Both the position numbers and the translations under genes were made by a program. The notes under the pieces were generated by a model. The model was not told where the DNA came from. It made no database searches and saw nothing but the letters and a program-made list of their open reading frames with translations. This document shows positions 9,719 through 18,527 of a stretch of 64,000 bases of DNA, one piece after another; position 1 is the first letter of the stretch; every line of letters starts with the position of its first letter. The stretch lies in UHGV virus genome UHGV-0120889. One strand, written 5' to 3'. Origin of the DNA: a virus.

Positions 9719-10726
9719 TTATTCACTTTTCAGAGTTACTTTAACAACCAGCTCTGGACGGGTGTTAACTGCCAGCATAGAAGTTTCAGATTCAATCTTC
9801 TCTTCACGCAGGTATGCAGAGTGTTTATACCACATGTACAGTTCCTGTGCTGGAGTGTTTGCTTCGTTAACATCGTCTGCCGGAGCAAAGTGCAGCTGGA
9901 ACATCTGATCAATACCCATCGGCAGAATGCGAGCTTCTTTCTTAGGAATATTGCCAGAGATATCTTCGATAAAGGTGATACCTTTATGCTCAAACACACG
10001 GTATACGCTGTCTTGACCGCCAGCACCCAGACGGCGACGCAAAGGTTCCTGAGCAGAGCCGTAATAGGTGTATGCCAGTTCTACCAGCGGGTGATGAGTA
10101 ACAGCACTGAAGAACTCCGGTGAGCACAGGGCTACAATGCGATAGCCAGCTGCGTTATCACCAGCTTGCAGTGCGATGTGCAGACGAGCTTCTTCCAGAA
10201 CCTCCATAGGATCCTGATCTGCTTTTGCAGGGTCGATCTCAACAGACTTCTGAGACACACCCCACAGAGTGTAGTAATCATACTGGCAGGTAGCGTCACC
10301 AGGTGCATAGGATTTACCCAGAATAGCCTGGAACAGCGCTTTCTCACGCAGTGCTTCATGGGAAACACGGATACGGCGAACAACGCGGGTCACTACGTCC
10401 TGAACAGTTTTCGGAGCATCAGGGGTGAAGTAACGACGGAAGTTCTGGACATCTGCAGCAGTGATGCCTTTATCCAGAGGGAAGAACGGGATGTTCAGGT
10501 TTTTAACCTGAGCACGTTCATTACCAACGTAGTTACGCTCACCACCACGACGGCGTGCTGGAATGTCGGTTACAACTTCATCAACACGCTCAATCTGAGC
10601 AATTGTTGAGGTGCCGAGACGAGTTTCGAACAGATCCATACCGGTAATCAGGCGAAATTGACGCGGAACAAGGTCCAGAGTAGCACCTAAATCGACAATG
10701 CCAAATTCATCTTTACGAGTAATCAT
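9719..10726 (-). CDS. major capsid protein (335 aa)
   Basis: Size, position after scaffold/decoration-position genes and before a strong terminator; typical head-module order portal-protease-scaffold-(decoration)-capsid. Confidence 0.65.
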   Translation of the reverse strand: MITRKDEFGIVDLGATLDLVPRQFRLITGMDLFETRLGTSTIAQIERVDEVVTDIPARRRGGERNYVGNERAQVKNLNIPFFPLDKGITAADVQNFRRYFTPDAPKTVQDVVTRVVRRIRVSHEALREKALFQAILGKSYAPGDATCQYDYYTLWGVSQKSVEIDPAKADQDPMEVLEEARLHIALQAGDNAAGYRIVALCSPEFFSAVTHHPLVELAYTYYGSAQEPLRRRLGAGGQDSVYRVFEHKGITFIEDISGNIPKKEARILPMGIDQMFQLHFAPADDVNEANTPAQELYMWYKHSAYLREEKIESETSMLAVNTRPELVVKVTLKSE

Positions 10727-10778
10727 TTATTTCTCCAAAGTAAAACTTAAATATTTTTCCCGAACAATTTAGGGCTTA

Positions 10779-11165
10779 TTATTCACCAATAGTCTGGACG
10801 TGAACTTTGTTACCTAAAGCTTCCAACTTATCCAGAATTCTTTGGTCTGCTTTAGCTCCATCTGCACCTAACAGCATGTCTTTTGCAAAGGTGACACCAT
10901 GGACGGCAACAACCAGGTTATAGGATTGTCCTACTTCTAACGGTTTTGCAAGATGAACCGTACCAGCATCTTTGACAAGAGCACGGTCAACAAGAACGCC
11001 GTACACATCAGAACCGTCTGCGTTAGCGATGGTCCCGGTTTTTGTTACAACAGTGCCAGCGTGGTGATGCTCTGTCAGTGTTACCTTAATCTCTTTAAAA
11101 TTGTAGCCAGCATCGCTAGAATCAACTTTGCCGAGCACGATATCAGAATATTGAGCGGTAATCAT
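10779..11165 (-). CDS. hypothetical head protein (decoration-protein position)
   Basis: 128-aa ORF between scaffold-like and capsid genes; call by position only. Confidence 0.3.
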   Translation of the reverse strand: MITAQYSDIVLGKVDSSDAGYNFKEIKVTLTEHHHAGTVVTKTGTIANADGSDVYGVLVDRALVKDAGTVHLAKPLEVGQSYNLVVAVHGVTFAKDMLLGADGAKADQRILDKLEALGNKVHVQTIGE

Positions 11166-11185
11166 TTATTTCCCCCGTTAATGTC

Positions 11186-12163
11186 TTATTTGTTAGATTC
11201 TGCACGTGCACGAGCAAGTGCTTTTGCAACGTTTTCAGCAAGAATTTCTTCTGCGGATTTTGCAATATCATCCACAACAGGTTCGCCATCATTACCATGT
11301 TCAGTGGTGGCAAACTCTTCTTTGGTTTTATGCACCTCTGCTTCCAGCTCTTCAATTTTTGCTTGAGCTTTCTCCAGCATAGCTACGATAGGTTCGTTAG
11401 CTTTTTCCAGCATGAAGTCAACTAGGGTTGCATGATCTTCTTCACCAACAAAGCTTAAAGCTTGAGCCTTAGTCAGCATTTTAGCTTTTTCAACTTCAAC
11501 CTGGGCCTTGATGATTTCTTCAGCTTTACTCTGGGTTGCTTTCAGCTCTTCTACTTGCTTCAGCAGATCCAGATACTCTTTAGTTTTGGTTACGTCCACC
11601 GGATTCTCCTCGGTATTTGCGGATTTTGCAACATCATCCACCTCGGCAGTTTTATCCACCTCAGCAGGTTCCTGTACCGCCTTGATCAGGTTCCCTTCTT
11701 TATCGAAGAGATCAGCGGTTACTTGTTCAAAAATCTGTTGTGTTTTTAACAGGCTGTACTGATCTACCACACTAAGCTGCTTACCTTCTTTTGCAGCTTT
11801 ATGAATGGTCACGTTATCACAACGCTCTTCCAGCCATGCAATACAAGACTCTGCGTCAGCTTGCGCCCATTCCCAATCAGGATGCTCTTTGGCCCAAGCC
11901 TCCTCTTCAATCTCAAAACCAAGCATGTGTGCAAGTGCTTTAGCATCATCATACCACATATCGAAGAAACGACGCAGGTATTCTTCAAAACTAAGCTCCA
12001 CAGTAACTTGGCGAAGTGCCTTAACAATATCGTCTGTTAACTGCTCAGGCTTAAGATCACTCTTCATCAAAAGAGATACAGGTCTGTTGTTAGCGCTATA
12101 GCCTTGCGCCTTATGGCACAGGGCAATCCCCTTCTCTTTAATAGTAATCGTTTTTTCAGACAT
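11186..12163 (-). CDS. putative scaffolding protein (325 aa)
   Basis: C-terminal half strongly helical, Glu/Lys/Ala-rich (coiled-coil-like); located between protease-like gene and capsid gene. Confidence 0.45.
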   Translation of the reverse strand: MSEKTITIKEKGIALCHKAQGYSANNRPVSLLMKSDLKPEQLTDDIVKALRQVTVELSFEEYLRRFFDMWYDDAKALAHMLGFEIEEEAWAKEHPDWEWAQADAESCIAWLEERCDNVTIHKAAKEGKQLSVVDQYSLLKTQQIFEQVTADLFDKEGNLIKAVQEPAEVDKTAEVDDVAKSANTEENPVDVTKTKEYLDLLKQVEELKATQSKAEEIIKAQVEVEKAKMLTKAQALSFVGEEDHATLVDFMLEKANEPIVAMLEKAQAKIEELEAEVHKTKEEFATTEHGNDGEPVVDDIAKSAEEILAENVAKALARARAESNK

Positions 12164-12594
12164 TATTCATTGCCCTCTTCTACAACACTGATCCCGAAGT
12201 TTACGTTGGTAATTTCACCAGTTTCTTCATCAACATTACCTGTTGCCTGAATGCTTAGGCCACCAACAATGCCAGCCTTCTTAGCTTCCCATAATTCAGG
12301 ATTATTGTATTTAACTTTAGCAACCCAAGAGCCAGCCTTGATGACCTGCTCAGTGCCAATTACTACAACATCAAACTCTTCTTGAATCCACGTCTTTTCA
12401 ATAGTGAAAGCATCTGTAGAGGTCAAGTGAAAAAGGTTTTCAGAAACTAGGCCTGCGGCGTATGCTGCGTCCCAGTTATCTTTAGCCTTTTTGATGGTGT
12501 CTTTACTCATCCACTCACCGTGAGCATCTTTAGTGTCAGGCTCGTAGATGATTTCGTAGGAAATCATTTCTTCCTGTGGCATCTTATTCCCCAT
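12163..12594 (-). CDS. putative prohead protease, HK97-like (start chosen at internal ATG 12594)
   Basis: Motifs resembling HK97-family prohead protease (LFHL...; GIVGGLSIQA; FGISVVE); upstream part of the long ORF would overlap portal so internal start preferred. Confidence 0.45.
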   Translation of the reverse strand: MGNKMPQEEMISYEIIYEPDTKDAHGEWMSKDTIKKAKDNWDAAYAAGLVSENLFHLTSTDAFTIEKTWIQEEFDVVVIGTEQVIKAGSWVAKVKYNNPELWEAKKAGIVGGLSIQATGNVDEETGEITNVNFGISVVEEGNE

Positions 12595-12649
12595 GTGGAT
12601 TATTTTATCACGCCAAAGGAGGTTTTGCAACCCCCTGTGTTGATAATTT

Positions 12650-14206
12650 TTAATTTTCCATGTTGGATATGGAATTATCTCTGGTTGATGACATCTTAGA
12701 AGTGCCGTTGCCAGTGGATCCTGCAGCCATTCCATCACCAGCCCTACTGATGTCCTGGCCCAAGAGCTTCATCAGCTCTTCCTGATCCATGTCCTCGTCA
12801 AATCTTTCATCAAACCCGCCTACTTCAAGAATCTTATTAATTACTGCAGGAGTTTTTGGCAAGTAACCTACAGCACCGATCCTCTGGACAAACTTGGAGA
12901 AGCTCTCCATATCCACTTCTTCAATCAGACCAGGTTTCAGTTTAGGCATATCATCATCTTCAAGGATGATACCATTCAATGCCAGAAGCTGCGGAATAAG
13001 ATCTTTATTGAAGGCCTCAGTGATAATATCTATATCACGCTGAACAAAATGACCATGGATAGACTGTTTTGACTCAGACAGAGAGAAGGACCCAACGTTA
13101 TCGTTACCGAGGTTAATAAAGCCAGCACCGAAACGGTCAAGAATCGCCTTCTTACGGGCATCAATCAAATCTTTAGTGGAATACTGCTTACCCATACCGT
13201 CAACCCCCTTCAGGGTCATGGAGTAAAGCTCTTTACCAGACTTATCTCTATCAGACGGAAGTATAAAGAAACTTTGCTCACCACTATGGGCGTTTGCTGC
13301 GTCAAGCATAAGGTCTGCAACCATTCTCCCTTCCATTGAATTCGGGTCAATGCTGGCCTTGTTCAAAATATTGGAAGGAATTTTCAGCTCAAGCACACCA
13401 CCAAGGTCTTTGGAACAGCCAACAACCTCAAGGTTTTCAATCAGAACTTTCTCACGGAAAGATCTGTAGCAACCTATCATCGGTGACACACCTGCAGGGT
13501 TAGATTCTGTTCCTGACAGGGTCATGAGCATAAGCTTTTTAGCAGGGATGAAAATTTCAGGCTCATTAAAGCCTTTTGAAGGCATTGCAGCAAGAGGTCC
13601 AGCCCAGCGTGCATTCTGAGTGTTTAGAAATGCATTAGGTGATTGATAAATACCTGTCAGTGTTCTACTATTCTTGTCAAAGACAAACGGCTCTGATCTG
13701 GACAAACTGGCCTGAGGTCGGAATGCAATTTTATCAATAAGAAGCATCCCGGCATATTTACCTTCTTTCTCTCTGCGGTATACTTTCTCAAACAGTGAAA
13801 AACCATACTCGTTAAAGGTAGCTGCACTTCTTGCAATATCTCGAAGAGTTTGTTGGTTTGCCAAATTACGCAAAGAATACTCTATAAGCTCGGCAGCTTT
13901 CTTAGAGTCTTCACTTTTAACATTATAAAGGATCTTAAAATCATTAAATGCTTTCGTGATGAAAACATATTTTGTATCTAAGGCAGTAGCAACTGTGGAA
14001 TCACATTTCATAGTCTCCACTGTAGCAATCAGCTGAGGCCAACGCAATTCCTCAACCATCATAGATTGCGATTCTGCCATAATTTGGGAAAGTGCGCCAG
14101 AACCGATCTCACTCATACGAACATTATGAGTTGGTGCGCCTGCGTTCCCAGATTTATTCACAGTTTTGGCTGTGGCGTTGTGTTTCCTGCGGTTCTTTTT
14201 GGACAC
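12650..14206 (-). CDS. portal protein (518 aa)
   Basis: Large ORF between terminase and head-maturation genes; size typical of portal; synteny-based. Confidence 0.65.
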   Translation of the reverse strand: MSKKNRRKHNATAKTVNKSGNAGAPTHNVRMSEIGSGALSQIMAESQSMMVEELRWPQLIATVETMKCDSTVATALDTKYVFITKAFNDFKILYNVKSEDSKKAAELIEYSLRNLANQQTLRDIARSAATFNEYGFSLFEKVYRREKEGKYAGMLLIDKIAFRPQASLSRSEPFVFDKNSRTLTGIYQSPNAFLNTQNARWAGPLAAMPSKGFNEPEIFIPAKKLMLMTLSGTESNPAGVSPMIGCYRSFREKVLIENLEVVGCSKDLGGVLELKIPSNILNKASIDPNSMEGRMVADLMLDAANAHSGEQSFFILPSDRDKSGKELYSMTLKGVDGMGKQYSTKDLIDARKKAILDRFGAGFINLGNDNVGSFSLSESKQSIHGHFVQRDIDIITEAFNKDLIPQLLALNGIILEDDDMPKLKPGLIEEVDMESFSKFVQRIGAVGYLPKTPAVINKILEVGGFDERFDEDMDQEELMKLLGQDISRAGDGMAAGSTGNGTSKMSSTRDNSISNMEN

Positions 14207-14238
14207 AAGCTTTACCCCTCAAAACAGTATAACAAAAT

Positions 14239-14258
14239 AGCCCTCGTGTTAGAGGGCT
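14239..14258 (-). other. stem-loop between terminase and portal genes
   Basis: AGCCCTC-GTGTTA-GAGGGCT hairpin; weak U-tract so terminator function uncertain. Confidence 0.3.
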
Positions 14259-14308
14259 AGTATCTCCGATTACTCTATTCTACCACATCTAATTAAGATT
14301 GGCAACAC

Positions 14309-15397
14309 TTAGATAAAACGCTTGAACATAGAAGGTGATGAGATTGATGGAATCACACAAGGAAGTGCTACTTCCTCTTTCTCCAGGAAATTAATAGCAG
14401 AAGCTACACAGTCAGCCCAGTCGTCTTTTCTGTTAAATGTTGATCTTTCCCCGTTGAATTTTTCAAGTTCAGTCAGAAATGCTTCCAGAGTATCAGGATG
14501 GAAACTGGATTTTACAATCCTCACCATTCCTTGTTGGGCAAGATTGGCAAAAGGTGAGAACCTTGTCAGTTTAGATTTGTTGGAAGGCATTGGGTCTTCT
14601 TCAACCCTAAACCCTTCGGCAAGCAAGGATCTGGAGGAGGTTAAGAACTCACTCTTACCTGCCTGACCGGGGTCCACAGAGAATACGATTATACAATCAT
14701 CACCATCAAACTGCGCCTGTTTCCTGATGATCACATCTCGTTCACCAGCCTTTTTACAGAACTTGCCTTCTAGACCTGTGGAATACCTCCCGTCATCCAC
14801 GTTCTCAGGACAATAATCACCGGACAGGTAATAAAAGCCGTCGCTATCTTTACTTACCTTAACACTGGCGGTAAAGTCAGGAAATTTATTACCGGAAGTT
14901 CTCTCGGTTCCTGCCTTATCCCATGCCCTGCAAGATACTGATCCAAGGGGTACTCTATCGGCATCACGAAGGAAAGATCTTTGAAAATAGTTTGCGCCCT
15001 CAGGCTTTGCAAACCAGTTACCATGAAGAAGCTGAGCTTTTTCCAGTTCCGGCAGACCTTCAAGGAAAGCAAGGTATTCTGGGTTGTCTCTTAAGCAAAC
15101 AGGATTATCGAATATTGTTGCGCCTATAAACGAGAATGACAACGGTCTTGGCTTGATCTCCACACCAAGTCCGTTAACCGTGGTGTATTTCTCTATCAAC
15201 TCTTCTTTAGAGTCCCCCCAGATAAATTCACCGTCGCGTCGGATAAAATATCTTTTCTTACCGCATTTCTCCGGATCTGGATACCCTTCATCGTCCAACC
15301 ACCACCTAACCAGTTTGGCAAGCATGTGTTCTGAATCGGGGTTACAGCTGATAACCATTCTTGATGGATACTTTGACTGAGATCGCAGACGAGACAT
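14309..15397 (-). CDS. terminase large subunit, C-terminal (nuclease) segment; 5' boundary approximate (exon 2)
   Basis: Same strand, immediately downstream of the ATPase segment after a ~340 bp ORF-less gap; frame open upstream of first Met to 15433. Confidence 0.75.
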   Translation of the reverse strand: MSRLRSQSKYPSRMVISCNPDSEHMLAKLVRWWLDDEGYPDPEKCGKKRYFIRRDGEFIWGDSKEELIEKYTTVNGLGVEIKPRPLSFSFIGATIFDNPVCLRDNPEYLAFLEGLPELEKAQLLHGNWFAKPEGANYFQRSFLRDADRVPLGSVSCRAWDKAGTERTSGNKFPDFTASVKVSKDSDGFYYLSGDYCPENVDDGRYSTGLEGKFCKKAGERDVIIRKQAQFDGDDCIIVFSVDPGQAGKSEFLTSSRSLLAEGFRVEEDPMPSNKSKLTRFSPFANLAQQGMVRIVKSSFHPDTLEAFLTELEKFNGERSTFNRKDDWADCVASAINFLEKEEVALPCVIPSISSPSMFKRFI

Positions 15398-15746
15398 CAG
15401 ATAGTCTATCTGCTCCCATTCGAATTGTGTCGTTTATGTTCGGGCAAGGTCGCTAGTCTTGCCCCGCCATTTTCAGGCAGCTGCATGTCTCCATGCAGAC
15501 CAGACTATATCTTATAAGCGACAACAACCGCTTATCCTCCCGTTTCGAATCGCTTGATTCTACGTCTTTCGACTAGTCGTTGAACGTTCATCCTCTCGGA
15601 TGCTTCGCTGCGGATTATCTAAATTAACACACTGTTACCATACCTTCGATCTCTCTTCGAAGCCTCTATCATGTTACCATGACAGGTTGGTGGTATTAAT
15701 AGTAAAGATTTCCCCGCAATTAGGGAGGTTTTACGAGAGCTACAAA
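15398..15746 (-). other. ORF-less intervening sequence inside terminase large subunit gene (putative self-splicing intron)
   Basis: No ORF in any frame; multiple perfect hairpins (CTGCATG/CATGCAG, CTTCGA/TCGAAG, GGGCAAG/CTTGCCC); separates Walker-A/B ATPase part from C-terminal part. Confidence 0.5.
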
Positions 15747-16175
15747 TTAACCCTCATCGAAGCAAACCATGGTGTACTCAAGCCCTTGATGGTTAAGCTT
15801 ATCTTGTACATACTCCATGTGGCAGTATTTTACAACAGCTCCCTTTTTGCTTCTATCCCACTTGCCAGTGTTCGGATCAAACCGTGGAAAAATGAACTTA
15901 TGATCCTTCTCTCTGAACTTTGGCTTAATGTTTTCAGGCAGATCACTATAAATAGCTACCGCTTTAGGCCATAGTCCACCCTCACCTTCCAACTGCGGGG
16001 TTGTTCTTCGGAACATAACCACAGAGCTGTGGGGGTCATCAATAATTTTAAGTGGCATCAATTGCAAGAGGAACGACTTGCCAGACCCTGCGGCACCGCC
16101 GATTACCAAAATATCTGCATCGTTTTCGAGGATCATCTTCTGCTTTTCAGAACACGGTCCGTAAATCTTAGACAT
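15747..16175 (-). CDS. terminase large subunit, N-terminal ATPase segment (exon 1; 3' boundary approximate)
   Basis: Walker A VIGGAAGSGKSF and Walker B-like VCFDE motifs characteristic of large terminase ATPase domain. Confidence 0.8.
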   Translation of the reverse strand: MSKIYGPCSEKQKMILENDADILVIGGAAGSGKSFLLQLMPLKIIDDPHSSVVMFRRTTPQLEGEGGLWPKAVAIYSDLPENIKPKFREKDHKFIFPRFDPNTGKWDRSKKGAVVKYCHMEYVQDKLNHQGLEYTMVCFDEG

Positions 16176-16462
16176 TAACCGCTCTCCTTTGGAAACAGTG
16201 TTCTAATATAGTCTTGCAAAATGATCAATTTAGCTCTATCATTGCTACAAGACAGATTATTATCCCTCATAATGCCAGAATTCACTGCATCTGGCGCACC
16301 TTTCTTCAAAGGCATAGCTTTAGCAGGTGGTTTCATGGCACCTTCCGGGGGTTTAACAATCAACCTTCCTACATCCGGAGGGTCAATCTTGTATTCTCTC
16401 TCAACGTTGGTTGCACACCCACATAATAACAAGCACACAATAAACAGTGTAGCAACTCTCAT
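16175..16462 (-). CDS. o-spanin (Rz1-like outer-membrane lipoprotein)
   Basis: Signal peptide with lipobox-like LLLCGC, Pro-rich mature region, 4-bp overlap with preceding Rz-like gene. Confidence 0.6.
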   Translation of the reverse strand: MRVATLFIVCLLLCGCATNVEREYKIDPPDVGRLIVKPPEGAMKPPAKAMPLKKGAPDAVNSGIMRDNNLSCSNDRAKLIILQDYIRTLFPKESG

Positions 16463-16857
16463 CGATCCTCCTGATTGATACTCTCATTATAAATATCTAT
16501 AAGCTGATCAGGGAGTGTTGACTTCTTGCCTTCAGGTGACTGGAGGTAGATAATCTGCTTTTCTTTACCTGCCTTCTCAGCCATATTTAATTTATCCTGC
16601 AGATCAGAAAGGGATTTTTCAAGGTTTTTAACCTCCTCTGCGTGGCCCATTTTAATTTTGTCGGCCTGCTTTTGTTGCTGATCAAGGATCCGTTCCCACT
16701 TTAACTCTGTTGCTGACACACCCTCTTGGTAGGCTTCATTAAGCTTAAAGTTAAACCAATATACGGCTCCAAGATAAGCTGTACCTAGCGCAGCTGCAAA
16801 AACTAAACCTTTTATGATCCCTCTATACCTACTCAGCCATGTTAAAACTGAAATCAT
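16459..16857 (-). CDS. i-spanin (Rz-like)
   Basis: N-terminal TM helix (LVFAAALGTAYLGAVYWF) followed by charged coiled-coil region; paired with lipoprotein gene. Confidence 0.55.
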   Translation of the reverse strand: MISVLTWLSRYRGIIKGLVFAAALGTAYLGAVYWFNFKLNEAYQEGVSATELKWERILDQQQKQADKIKMGHAEEVKNLEKSLSDLQDKLNMAEKAGKEKQIIYLQSPEGKKSTLPDQLIDIYNESINQEDR

Positions 16858-16870
16858 TTTAAGGCTCCAG

Positions 16871-16906
16871 AAACGAAAAAACCCCGCAGCTATACAGCTA
16901 ACGGGG
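16871..16906 (-). terminator. rho-independent terminator upstream of spanin genes
   Basis: CCCCG...CGGGG hairpin 16882..16906 followed on minus strand by U-tract (plus 16871..16881). Confidence 0.5.
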
Positions 16907-16962
16907 CGGGTTAAAATTGAGTAACCTAAATAGATCGAAACTAACTAAAAGGAGACTAATAC

Positions 16963-17232
16963 TTATCGAGGCACTCGGTGGATGATTCTAACAGTAACTG
17001 CATTTTCATTCATCAAGTATGCATCTACATCTCTGTAAATATAAAACTTCTGCTCACTATCAACAACACAAGCTACCGCCCCTTCAGAGTTGTCTTCAAA
17101 AAAGACCACCACTGCATCGCAGCTGAGTTCATGATATGACTCTCGAAGATTTACAGCCAGAGGATTGAAATCGTCACGAAAATCTACGGTATGGGTTGGA
17201 TTTACACGCTCTACAATTTTAAGTGTATACAT
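16963..17232 (-). CDS. hypothetical protein (90 aa)
   Basis: Internal ATG at 17232 with AAGGAA RBS; longer ORF-track start would run into tRNA-Pro. Confidence 0.45.
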   Translation of the reverse strand: MYTLKIVERVNPTHTVDFRDDFNPLAVNLRESYHELSCDAVVVFFEDNSEGAVACVVDSEQKFYIYRDVDAYLMNENAVTVRIIHRVPR

Positions 17233-17278
17233 TTTAAAGGTTCCTTTTGTTTGTATATGTTTAAAGTATAACTGAAAG

Positions 17279-17355
17279 TGGTCTCCACGGAGTGATTCGA
17301 ACACTCGACCTCCTGATCCCAAATCAGGCGCTCTACCAAGCTGAGCTACGCGGAG
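17279..17355 (-). tRNA. tRNA-Pro (anticodon UGG)
   Basis: Manual cloverleaf: acceptor CTCCGCG/CGTGGAG, D-arm GCTC..GAGC, anticodon loop UUUGGGA, T-loop TTCGAAT, encoded CCA. Confidence 0.85.
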
Positions 17356-17366
17356 TATTTATTATT

Positions 17367-17441
17367 TGGTGGCCCTGGGTGGAATTGAACCACCGTCTGG
17401 CGATTATGAGTCGCTTGCTTGAACCTTCCAGCTACAGGGCC
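17367..17441 (-). tRNA. tRNA-Met (anticodon CAU; could be Ile-lysidine type)
   Basis: Acceptor GGCCCTG/CAGGGCC, anticodon loop CUCAUAA, T-loop TTCAATT, encoded CCA. Confidence 0.8.
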
Positions 17442-17442
17442 A

Positions 17443-17518
17443 TGGTGCTGATGGCAGGACTTGAACCTGCAACCTATTGATTACAAATCAATTGCACTAC
17501 CAATTGTGCTACATCAGC
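17443..17518 (-). tRNA. tRNA-Thr (anticodon UGU)
   Basis: Acceptor GCTGATG/CATCAGC, D-arm GCAC..GTGC, anticodon stem ATTGA/TCAAT loop UUUGUAA, T-loop TTCAAGT, CCA. Confidence 0.85.
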
Positions 17519-17524
17519 AAAAAA

Positions 17525-17623
17525 GGTGCTAGGTGATGGAATCGAACCACCTATGTATTCAACGACTACCTCGTCTATTTTCAGGATTAAAAATCCTCGC
17601 CCTTGCCAAAGGGCTTACCTAGC
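17525..17623 (-). tRNA. atypical tRNA-like gene (possible anticodon UUU; ~30-nt extra arm)
   Basis: Acceptor GCTAGGT/ACCTAGC, D-arm GCCC..GGGC, T-arm GGTGG-TTCGATT-CCATC present, but 99 nt long with oversized variable region and no encoded terminal A. Confidence 0.3.
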
Positions 17624-17721
17624 TCAGTATGTTGACCATGTTGCTAGTCGGCGATGACGACTGTAACATTTGATAATCCGGTTCTGCTTCCGGCTTTCGC
17701 TTAATTACAAGGTCAACAATA

Positions 17722-17812
17722 TGGCTGAGGGTAATGGAATCGAACCATCATCGAGTCATCCTCAACGGGACGGTTTTCAAGACCGCTTGAGCACCATTGC
17801 TCCCTACCCTCA
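17722..17812 (-). tRNA. tRNA-Ser (anticodon UGA), type II
   Basis: Anticodon arm GCGGT-CUUGAAA-ACCGT, long variable arm, T-loop TTCGATT, acceptor TGAGGGT/ACCCTCA, CCA. Confidence 0.75.
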
Positions 17813-17926
17813 TTTATAAACAATACTGATAATGACACTGATTTTCGAGCAGTTAGTGACTAGTATAAACGACGATAAATATCAATGCCATTATCTGTAT
17901 GATTTATGCATTTAAAACTATAAATT

Positions 17927-18013
17927 TGGTGGGGAGTGGTGGAGTCGAACCACCCGAGTCGTAATGACAATAGATTTACAGTCTACACCGCTACCTCTAC
18001 GGGATAACTCCCC
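17927..18013 (-). tRNA. tRNA-Tyr (anticodon GUA), type II
   Basis: Anticodon loop CUGUAAA and variable arm TGTCATTACGACTCG closely resemble bacterial tRNA-Tyr; acceptor GGGGAGT/ACTCCCC, CCA. Confidence 0.85.
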
Positions 18014-18017
18014 AATT

Positions 18018-18092
18018 TGGCACCCCGTACTGGACTCGAACCAGTGTCAACGGCTTAGAAGGCCGCTGCTTTATCCACTAAGCTAACAGGGC
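18018..18092 (-). tRNA. tRNA-Arg (anticodon UCU)
   Basis: D-arm GCTT..AAGC, anticodon arm GCGGC-CUUCUAA-GCCGT, T-arm ACTGG-TTCGAGT-CCAGT, CCA. Confidence 0.8.
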
Positions 18093-18150
18093 ACTGGGTG
18101 GCTTTCTTTTACACCTTAGCCGCCAGAAAAGGTGGGAGACCATGTTTACA

Positions 18151-18179
18151 ATATTACACTGTTAAGCAAAGTTTGTCAA
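18151..18179 (-). promoter_or_regulatory. sigma70-type promoter for tRNA cluster
   Basis: Minus strand TTGACA (18179..18174) - 17 bp - TAATAT (18156..18151), just upstream of first tRNA. Confidence 0.6.
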
Positions 18180-18188
18180 GAAAATATT

Positions 18189-18527
18189 TTAGCTATTGCT
18201 AACAGGTTGTATTTCTGTGGTAAATGGCATAAAAGGTGCTGGTTTTTCAGCCTCTTCTACTACCACCTCTTCCTCTTCACCAAACATCTCATCATATTCT
18301 TCCTGCATTCGGTCTGCCTTATCAAGAACATACTCTGCAATGCTTTGACGAATATTTTGTTTGGTTTTCGGGTCCAACATCAGCTCTCTTAGAACTTTGT
18401 GAGCTTCTGGAACCATCGCTATAAAAGATTCCTTCATATCGAGGATGTTCTTCTCTAGCTGAATGGCGTTGGACTCCTCTTTCAGAGGTCTGCCTCTACG
18501 GCGACGCTTTTTAGTTGTATCCGCCAT
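18189..18527 (-). CDS. hypothetical basic/acidic protein (112 aa; internal start)
   Basis: ATG 18527 with GGAGG RBS; N-terminal KKRRRRGRPLK basic patch, acidic C-terminus. Confidence 0.5.
   Translation of the reverse strand: MADTTKKRRRRGRPLKEESNAIQLEKNILDMKESFIAMVPEAHKVLRELMLDPKTKQNIRQSIAEYVLDKADRMQEEYDEMFGEEEEVVVEEAEKPAPFMPFTTEIQPVSNS

Noticed and set aside
12595-12738. Upstream 48 codons of the 191-aa ORF-track model for the prohead protease gene
   Set aside because: Would overlap the portal C-terminus by about 90 nt and shows no protease-like sequence; internal ATG at 12594 chosen.
17624-17721. Possible additional tRNA in the spacer between the atypical tRNA and tRNA-Ser
   Set aside because: Contains hairpins but no T-loop (TTCRA) or acceptor-stem pairing; probably a processing spacer.
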